Source: Catajapyx aquilonaris (Eukaryota). Taken from it: a stretch of 20,000 bases of DNA. Below the pieces are notes generated by a model. The model made no database searches. It saw only the letters and a program-made list of their open reading frames with translations, and was not told the origin of the DNA. Both the position numbers and the translations under genes were made by a program. Where the stretch lies: assembly GCA_000934665.2 (NCBI GenBank), contig KZ538468.1, positions 48,094 through 68,093 of the forward strand, read 5' to 3'. Of the stretch, positions 11,053 through 20,000 are shown piece after piece; position 1 is the first letter of the stretch; each line of letters starts with the position of its first letter.

Positions 11053-11222
11053 GATGGATTTTCGTTGTGGGAGACAGCCAAAGAAAATCCACGCGAACAC
11101 GGAGAGAACCCATATAAACTATTTTAATATGAGAAATTTATCAGTCCGACCCGGCCGGGGATCGAATGGGGACCGCAGAGATGGAAGGCTGTGGCGCTAA
11201 CCATTAGACCGCGCGACACCAC
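11053..11222 (-). mobile_element. Second, diverged and 3'-truncated copy of the V-domain SINE, inverted
   Basis: The reverse complement reads ..TAATGGTTAGCGCCACAGCCTTCCATCTCTGCGGTCCCCATTCGATCCCCGG..GGGTCGGAC..ATGGGTTCTCTCCGTGTTCGCGTGGATTTTCT..CTCCCAC..AAAATCCATC, colinear with 10613-10787. Confidence 0.88.
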
Positions 11223-11796
11223 CAAGCGGCCCGTAATATATCTCCTTTTTAACGGCCAGTTCTAAATAGAAGTGGTATATCGGCAGGGGAGAATTGATTA
11301 ACACCCGACAAAGGGAACGAATCAAAATATTATTTTTGCAAAAAAGTAGGTAAGGCGATGCATTTGAGATGCACTCCCACATCGATGTGCCTTAGACAAA
11401 ATTGTCAAAGTCTGTTTTTTAACTGCGCAAGACAACAATTCTGAAAAGAATTGGACACTGGTACACCCAAGGGTACACCGGTAATCAGTATTTCATTAGT
11501 GCTGCCTCATACACTCCTTGACACTCCGTTGAACAATAACGCACCAATCCCAAACTGCTGCAATCAGTGAAAACGTGCCTGCATTTCAGACGAAAATGTA
11601 CCGTTGCAAAGCAATTGCGAATCGATGACGTAAGTTGCAGCTAAGTTTTTGGCGCGGTATATGGGCAAAGTGGATGACCCTGCACGGTAGCAGTTAGGTG
11701 GTGTATAGGCCGGATAGTCGTCGGCCAATCCCCTCAGAGAAGGGTTGGGGGGGGGGGATGAGGGCAGGCTGGCGGAAGATGGGTTTTCTGCGCCCC

Positions 11797-11810
11797 GTTG
11801 CTCTGGCAAC
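11797..11810. promoter_or_regulatory. RFX X-box-like palindrome within an intronic GC-rich motif cluster
   Basis: GTTGCTCTGGCAAC matches the canonical X-box GTTGCCATGGCAAC at 12 of 14 positions. Function is not demonstrated. Confidence 0.4.
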
Positions 11811-14800
11811 CGTTGTTAAATGGCGTGCTTTTCCCGCCTGGCTTGCAAAGGCGCACTTCCGCCCGCCTCCATGAAGCGCCGGAAGCGACCTGTTTCCACA
11901 CAAAATGGCCGAGATGCCACACTCCAGCTACATCGCGTTTTTCTTACACACAAACACAGATATATGCGACACAGCTAGGCACATCAGTGAGACTTGCATG
12001 ACGAAGTGTCATTTCTCACGCGATTTTATTCCCAGATTTGATATTTCATTTGACAATATATTGAAGAAACGAAACATAACAAACAAGCTATTAATCCTAA
12101 CATTTATACCAGATTTAATCTTCGTAATAAATATGCATATATGACAATTATGATTCGATTATATATGTGACATTTAATCGCCTGCACATAGTTGTCGCTA
12201 TCAAAGCATGGCGTAAGATTGGCCATACACTTTAAAAAATTTAAATTGTCACTCAGATACATTAATTTGGAGGAAGTACATAAGTTTATTTCAATATGGC
12301 ACATGTTTAGGAGGTGAGGGATTCAATCCTGCTTAACTCCCAGCTACTGCTTTGGTGGGAATTGTTCCGTTAGCCATTATTAATATATCGACGAAAACTC
12401 CCACACTCTTATGCTCTGACAACGCTGCCTAAGCTCGGCTGCTGTATAATAAAGCTCGGAAGGGCTAATAGGGTGCGGGTTCAAACAGGTTCTGATGCGC
12501 TTGAATGATTCCCCCTCCAGCGCAAGGTGATTCAGAATTCATAGACGTAACATATCGGTAATCTCCCGTTGTATAATAGCGTTTTTTATAGTTTCTTTTT
12601 AATCTCAATTATGTTTATTAAAAGCCGACCTTGAGATGGATAGAATGGACACATTTGTTATCGACTTATAAATAAAACTGAAACAATAATTTTAAAAGCG
12701 TAGTGTCGGTTGTGTAACTTCTGTGCATCACTCATTTGTGAAGATTTGTAGAATCATACAGCTCTCGTGTTGTTTTTAGCATTTTAATTGTTACGATGTG
12801 AAGCACTTGCGCAAGCCTGCACATAGCACATGATTTGCTGTAATTATTGTATCCACGCAAAGCTATTCCTGGGAGAAAATACTTCATACTGTATAAACGT
12901 ATTTTTTAGGATCTTTAAATGGGAAAATTCTCAATTGGTTATATGGGACTTTGTTTTTTATTTTTTACAAATTTGTTCACAAATGTGCGTCACCATTTTT
13001 TTGAGTAGTCTATCGTTTAAAATGTAATTTATACAGCATATCGATATTATGTATTACCAGAAGGTAGAGTATAGGATCGGGAGAATTAGCAGTTACAAGT
13101 CACAAAATGGTTTCAGTACTAAAAACCAATATAATTTATCTATTACTACACTCCCAAAACATACATCACTAAAATGTTACATGCCTCACAAAATATGCCC
13201 TGATTGGTACGTGACACTTGATGCCTTCGGTGTCGTCTTTAATATCCAACCTTAAGAAACTCACCCCTCAAAAAAAACAACTAGATTACCTTGTCACGTG
13301 AACCAACTCATAAATAAGCGACCGAAGAAATAACCTAAACGGCAGGAGGGGGTGGAAAACTGGAAGGAAGAACGCACTCGAAAGAACCCTAAAAAAGAAT
13401 GGTCAGACCAGAATTGAACCTTTCATTAACGCAAAAGCCCCTTGTGTCTTCCAAAACGGTTGGGCTGAACTTTTATTCATAATGTGGTTTGCGTGAGGAG
13501 ATTTTTTTATACTTCAAAACTGTGGCCAAGGAAACATTTTTATGGTCGTCAGAATCCACATTTTTTATATTTATATTCATTTGCGCATTTTGGTCAGGGA
13601 TTCTCTTTGCCTCCCTCCTCTTCTCTCCTGGATGTATTTATGGAGCCAGGTCATGCAATGACGGTTTTAATGGCGAAGTGCACCGCGGAGAGTCTCACAC
13701 GCAGCCAAGCAGATTATATACCGCCCATTCTTTCCACACCAGTGACATAATTATAATATAAGGCGGGAGGAGGTCCCTCAGCGCAACCGTGCTTTTCCAA
13801 GATCGGCATTTTGCATTTTTCATTAGCCCCTCTCGCCAATTCAAATATCAATTTAGCGTGTGACCATATTCGCAACCGCGCAATTCCGCAAATTAATTCT
13901 GACTCTAAGAGGCGTAAATGCCTATGTGAACAGTCACGTCTAGCACGCGAGAAGATGAGGGGGTTTCCATGAGAGCCTAAGACACGGGATATCTAAATGT
14001 GCCTATGGATTTGCATAGGCTGGCACTAGCACGCTAAAATTCTGGCGCATAACCCCTCTTCCTAATTTGAATGCAAGCAGAGTCAAGCAAGCGAGCTGAG
14101 TCTAGCGTTCTTCCGGGTATAAGGCAGGCATACAATGCATTGTCTAATTTTATCCATGAGTGACCTGGGGTTGGGCATCACTTGAGTGCTCTTATGGAAA
14201 ATTGCTCATATGGTTGGTCGATGCACAAAATGACTCTTTCGTTTTGATCAACTGAGTCCTGTCCGGTTCGGTTTTAAAATGCTGGCTCTTCCAGCACTCA
14301 GTTATAATCCGCCACTCTTGGTAATCCAATAATATGCCGCATGCCAACTGCGTATTTATTATACAGGTATGCGAATATAGTTGAGCGGCCGGGAAGTATT
14401 CCCAGAAATCATGTGCATTTCTCGTGCCAGTGCTGTAAGGAAGTTTCAGGAATCCCTAGTCGTTAAGGGCCTCATACAGTTCCGTTCAATAGCTTTTACC
14501 GCGCATAGCTGTGGCGCTCTGGTCTGACTTTATACAAATAAAACGCACTATGATACTGTAGTTGGACTGGGGAGAGTCAATGTCGAGGCAGAAAATGAAG
14601 GGCATTGCCTTGTACCCAAAGGGAAAGACCCAAATGGCGTTTGTTCATCACTCGACTTGTTACCAATAGAGAAATAATCAGGACAGGTCTGGAACTATAT
14701 ACCATATACCATCACGCATCACCATACGGGAAAATTTGTGACGAATATTACCAGAAACTGACCAGAAACATTGCAGAGTGGAAGACAAAACCACAAATTA

Positions 14801-15247
14801 AGCTCTATACATGCAGTGAGGTCTCGGGGCTGCATACACGTATCAATGGTGTGACCATCCCTGCAATTTTTATACTATTGGTCAATATATCTTAGCGAGT
14901 CCAACGAACACAGTTCCCATTCATGTCGCTATATGTCACCTCACATCATCCATTAAACATATTCGCGTAGTTTTTTCCCGCCCTAATCACCCTAACGGGC
15001 GATTTCACCTTCTGGATATGGTCTGTCCCATTGGTCCATGATTTAGTTATGCCCACGCATAATTTAACCAACAGTGAAGACATGACAACCAACCAACATG
15101 GACACTTATGTATAAATCAAATACAGTATAACCCACATGTCAGGTGACAGATGAGTAGCGCCCACCTTCTAGTCATGATGTACTGTATGAGTAAAAATAG
15201 ACAACTCTGAAACTGTTTTCTATATTATGTGGAATTCTCTTTGGCAG

Positions 15248-15454
15248 GACAAAATGGAAACGTCAGACAGCAGTCGGACTAGAGCTGCTGGCTGAAGCCG
15301 GCAACTACGCCGCCTTGCAGCGTCTGTACGGAGCTGCGCCCTACGCATGGCCATACCCACCGGCGCCAACCATCGCCAGCCCAGTAGCAGCCTCGACCCT
15401 TGACCTCTACTATCGGCACGCTGCTTCCGCCCTACAGAAACCTCTGCCATACCG
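15248..15454 (+). CDS. BarH: BarH homeobox gene, next coding exon (end of helix 3 plus conserved post-homeodomain region)
   Basis: Acceptor ttctctttggcAG|G; AG|G rebuilds the Arg53 codon in frame. Reads TKWKRQTAVGLELLAEAGNYAALQRLYGAAPYAWPYPP...LDLYYRHAASALQKPLPY(R). KWKRQTAVGLELLAEAGNY is the conserved Bar/BARHL extension. Donor CG|GTACGA at 15454/15455. Confidence 0.95.
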
Positions 15455-15540
15455 GTACGACTCATTTCAATTGTGTGCCGCCGCACCTCACCACTAAGAC
15501 TTGATTGAACTACAACTATCCTATCGACTCACTCCCCCAG

Positions 15541-15721
15541 GCTGTACCCATCGTTGGGCCTGCCCTCGTTGCCATCGGGGTCGGTCGAGGGCATGCCATC
15601 AGCACCGTTGACCCCTCTGACCTCGTCCAGTGCGACTTCCCTGCCCGCTTCGGCATCCCTGTCTTCGCTGTCTGCCTACTACAGCCGTGGAGACGGAACT
15701 CCATCCCAGCGGGTGCAGTGA
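15541..15721 (+). CDS. BarH: BarH homeobox gene, last coding exon
   Basis: Follows an 86-nt GT..AG intron (15455-15540, ending actcccccAG). The phase-2 join gives QKPLPY-R-LYPSLGLPSLPSGS...ASLSSLSAYYSRGDGTPSQRVQ*, with TGA at 15719-15721. The KPLPYRLYP and SLSSLSxYY motifs resemble my recollection of insect BarH C-termini. Confidence 0.85.
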
Positions 15722-17373
15722 ACTTAATCGTGACCTCCTCTAGTATTTTCCACCTCACATCTTGACCCAAGGGTCAAAACACTACACATCTTCCAGAAGC
15801 CTAAAATACCAATGATGTAAAAACCCTCCCCAACCCCCTCCCCAGCCAGCCCCCTGCCTTGTCCAAACTCAACTGTCAGAGGCTTTGAACATAACGGTGG
15901 GGGTATTTGTCACACCCTCCCAAGGTGATCACAGTCACCCCATACAGCACTTCAATTGGATCTTACGCCAAAATTCAGTTCCTCCAAAAAGCTCAACAAA
16001 TTTGCTACCGAACAAACTCCTATCTCGCTCTCATGGTAATCTCCATCTGTGTTACCGCTCCCTCATGTTCCTTTATAAGACGCAAAAAAAAAGTACCCTA
16101 TACATGTACATGTACCTCGAAACTGTTACCACGAACACGTCTACCCCCGCACACGATAATCCACACCCAGGTCAAGGGAGTGCGACGCTCAAGGCATCCT
16201 TTTTTGTACAGCGTCAGTGTACACTTTTTTTCTGTTGTGTAGGAAAAAGAGCTGCTATAAGATAATCACGTTTCGTTTGTGTGATATTCATTACTCCTGA
16301 CTGTGCAGTGTTCAGCTGTCCCCATGTATTCGGTGTCTTGGCGTTTTGGAGTTCGCTGGAAATGGACGTGAAATCCAAGTTTCCACGCATCGCTATACAG
16401 TGTCAAAAAAAAGTATTATTAACTATAACATAAGGGAAACGCCGAAGATGTATCCGACAATGGCTTTCCTCATGAAGCTTAATGAGCCGCAAATACATGA
16501 TGGTGCTGTTAATATCAAATCCCATTCCTTCTCCATTCTGTTTGCAGTTGATTGGTGACACGCTTTTTTACAGATTCAACGTGAGTCGATTTTTGCAGGT
16601 CTGAATTTATATAGTGTGTATAGTGATATGTTGTGCGACACCATTCCGCGACCCAACGTAACTGCTTTATTTTCAGATTGTACCAAAAATATCTGAAGGT
16701 TATTTCATCAAGTTTCTTATCAGTGACACCACTATTTTTGAATGTCATTTTACTCTATGAAGACATGAAAATGCAGAACGATTTCACAATTTGGTGGAAG
16801 ATGAGGTAGACTTTGTGTATAGAGACATGAACGCATCTTTTTAAAGAATCTAATCAGTTTTATGATTGAGCAATTACCATCTCATTGCTTTAAAAACCTT
16901 CAAAGGTTTCCTCATTTTTGAAAATTGCTTCTGAGTGACTGATCGTTTTGCAGTTTAGGTCTTCTCTTATTTTATGTTGGCCTATTTTGTGTAGCCTAGA
17001 ATAATAACGAGTTCTTTAATTGGGAAACTAATCCAATGATATGTAAATAGTCCCACCGCTAATGCTCACCTTTTCTTTGATTTTGCAATGCTTCATTTAC
17101 TTCATATTATATCACTCAATACCTTAATTATCTGAAATCTCTCTCAAACTTGAGTTCAAAATTCAGAAAACCACGTCTAAAGGAAGCCAATCCATAATTT
17201 GCAAGCCAATATGATACATCAAGGTCCGGATATAACGCCGACCATGTTCGGTCAACACACATTATAGTTACGCCTCCTGACTTCATCTGGGCGAGCACCC
17301 CGTCACCCGTAGTTCCGGTAGCCTTAATAATGCGGAAAAAATCCCGGATATCCCAACCAACAGCCAATAACGT

Positions 17374-17409
17374 CCCCCTCCCCCCCCCCCCCCCCCCCCT
17401 CCCCCCCNC
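17374..17409 (+). repeat. poly(C) tract of ~35 nt (contains an N)
   Basis: Directly visible; explains the poly-Gly run in ORF 17283..17549. Confidence 0.9.
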
Positions 17410-17827
17410 ATTCCAGTTACACCAATTTGGATCTTAAGTGATCGACAAAAATGTCCCGGAGGCCACACTTCTAATGTAGGTCTGTACAAAACACCAAAAA
17501 TTACGCAAGCTTGTCCAAACCTACGTGATCCACATGAACAAGAGAGCAATTACGTGGGTGAAGAAGCCAAGCGACGCCATTTCCGTTGCTATCTACCGTT
17601 TCCATCTTATTCTTCACTTTGGGCTCGCTTTTTTTTCGTTTTTCGTTTTTGTATTGTGTTGGACGCCTAGTCATATTATATACATTGGGACTTTCCCCCT
17701 GCTGCTTCAACATGCGGCAGTCGGTCCTTATCGCGTGCGTGATATTACCTACCCGACATTACCTCTAACTAGTCTTCTTAGTGTTTGACATGTGTATTCA
17801 TGTCGGGGATGGAGGGGAGAGACCTTG

Positions 17828-17875
17828 CGTTTTCATGCGAATCTTGCCCGCCAATCTTTAAAAAAAAAAAAAAAC
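17828..17875 (+). mobile_element. Very short poly(A)-tailed insertion (putative 5'-truncated retroposon)
   Basis: 32 nt plus A15 plus C, flanked by the direct repeat agagaccttg at 17818-17827 and 17876-17885. Confidence 0.5.
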
Positions 17876-20000
17876 AGAGACCTTGGGAATCATAATTGGG
17901 GAGTAAAGTGGTTGTAGCTTCGTATTACATGGTCAGTTGAAGCGTCTGGTGCAAAAAAAAAATTGGTTAAAGATCTGGTTAGTTTCTAATTAAGCATGTA
18001 GTGGAAATGTCCGTAGTTTAGATGCTAAACACCTATCCTCATATATGTTTAAATCAGTAGGCTTACATAACATCCTGGCGGCATTCGTGCCAATATGTAC
18101 ACAATAAATACTGCATACTGCGTGAGTCAACATTGCAGGTACACGGCTACTGAATGGAGACCATTTCTATAGGCACTAATAACAAGTCAGTCTAGAGCTA
18201 TAACAAGGACTGCAAGTTATCATTTTCACGCAACCTTGTAGTCAAGAACTGCTGGCATATCCTGCTATATTTTTGCTCGGAGCTATTTTGTAGATAGGTG
18301 GGTATTAATAAGCAGTCTTCTTCACACTGATAGACAATATAAAAACATGAAATGCACAGCAATAAGTCAGATTTGAACGACTGGTGTATACTGCATATGA
18401 TAGTTTTAAGCTTGATAATATTATTATATCATATCTTTTTGGGATGAATGTTATTTTCGCAGATTACTCTATGGAGCTGTAATTTCTATATTCAAAAATT
18501 CACTTGACTCTTTCAGGACTATACAGTATTATACGATGCCTAACTCAATTTCGACCAAAATGTGACGCTCTAATAGTACTGCATTCCAGGTCTTCACATA
18601 TTTATATAATAGTAGGCCATAATGCAAAACAGAAATTATCAAAATTTTATGCATCAAATTACACCGGCATATCCAGAATAATAATGTGCAAAACCTACAC
18701 TGGTCCCGTACAACATCAATGCAACAGTCTTACGATACAGATACCTCCTTCTATTATACGCAAGATGCTGAGTTGTACACCTGCAAATTCGCTGAAGCTT
18801 ATTTTAAGCAGTTACTTTTGATTGGTCGCCTTTCGTGGTTATCAAAAGGATTAGCTGCTAATATTTGGTTTACTCATCCTTTGTAAAGCCTGCAAAAAAT
18901 GGGTTCAATCATAGGCACTCCAAGACACTTTTCTCAAACAGCAAATCATCAATATATTCAGAGCTTGGAAATTGCCGGATTTATTTCTGCCTAAAAATTT
19001 TAATAACCACTTTTTAAAAACTACTCCAAAGTAATTGCTTTATAACTATTATAAGCAAAAAATCGCTGACTACAACGGACATTTTAGTTGGAAGACACAA
19101 TAGACCTAAGATATGTTCGAATTGACTCTATATCGAGATCAGCCAGAGGAGCCAGAGAAAAAAGTGATCCAAAATTGGTTGCCGCTGAGAATAGTGAGAA
19201 ATCAGTAGTAAAGTATACGTTCATCCCCATAAGTTATCTCTTATCGCAGACTGATTGAGATTAAGTTTGTCATACATTTAATACGTACCGGTACAAGATG
19301 TCGGAAATTATCATATTTGCATGATAATTATTATAACTCCGCTTTTCTAGACTGACTGTGATAGTTTTCACCCTTAGTTCAGGTTTGGTAAGGAGTACGG
19401 TATGACTCTGGATGAGAGCTGACGTAAAAGTACAGTATATGAAAAAACACTGTTGCATGTGGCAGACTATATAAATAGTGTCTATACAGTATAATCATAT
19501 GCTGTGAATTCCCTCAAAGCTCCAGGAAACATTCTGCAACTACAATAAAATGCTTTCCCTCCGTATTATCCCCTTGAAGCCACGTATGTTCATAATTTTA
19601 ATAATAATTTGTTCGTCTTGAATAATAGACCAAAGCCGATACAATACCCTTTTGCAGCAGGTGCTTCAATTATTTTTAACGAGATAAATGCTCAAATTGG
19701 CGTCCCCGTATGTAGGAACGCTGATGTGGAGCTAATTGATGTGTGCGCATTTATTTGGCGAGTAGTTTTTATATTGAACTCATGAATTATGAGCAAACTT
19801 CATTAACTGACTTGAACGGTGCGTATATGGAAGCTATAGGGAATTCGGACCGGAGAAGAGAGAAATGGGAGTAGGGAAGGGGGATGTCCCTCATTATTAT
19901 TTTTTTTTTCGCGACTCGTATTCCCATGTATTTTGAAAACAATATATATGTAAGGTGAGTAACTGAGTAAGTAATAACAAAATTTATGATTCAATGTGTG

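Noticed and set aside
12315..12358. Possible fragment of the 3803-4232 SINE head (shared CAGCTACTGCT..GGTG)
   Set aside because: The match is too short to distinguish from chance.
14250..14303. 12-bp imperfect inverted repeat AACTGAGTCCTG/CAGCACTCAGTT with an inner small hairpin
   Set aside because: Short, with no TSD or second copy; compatible with chance.
15505..15770. ORFs 15505..15765 (+) and 15516..15770 (-), plus 15220..15486 (-) and 9920..10141 (-)
   Set aside because: Shadow frames of GC-rich BarH exons; the splice phase selects a different frame.
15885..16265. 126-aa and 111-aa ORFs after the BarH stop
   Set aside because: No recognisable domain or coding-like composition; most likely 3' UTR.
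17283..17549. Poly-Gly-containing ORF
   Set aside because: Artefact of the poly(C) tract, which includes an N.

Overview
Eukaryotic, AT-rich animal genomic DNA, probably arthropod (inferred from the protein's C-terminal motifs and the repeat types). The only well-supported gene is a + strand BarH/BARHL-family homeobox gene. Three spliced coding exons are visible (9871-10162, 15248-15454, 15541-15721; about 225 aa, 5'-partial), and the homeodomain has the Bar-diagnostic Tyr49 (WYQNRR) and is split by a 5085-nt phase-2 intron. The N-terminal exon(s) carrying the FIL/eh1 motif are not recognisable here, so 1-9870 is probably mostly intron. The non-coding DNA holds two tRNA-derived SINE families: one Lm1-like copy with a 15-bp TSD, and a V-domain SINE present as an inverted pair inside the homeobox intron. 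It also holds several palindromic MITEs, a tiny poly(A) retro-insertion, and some motif-dense blocks that may be regulatory. Almost all ORFs in the supplied track are spurious. I see no convincing new biological system. The best leads are the inverted V-SINE pair, the promoter-like motif cluster in the intron, and the unusual palindrome-array MITE just upstream of the homeobox exon.
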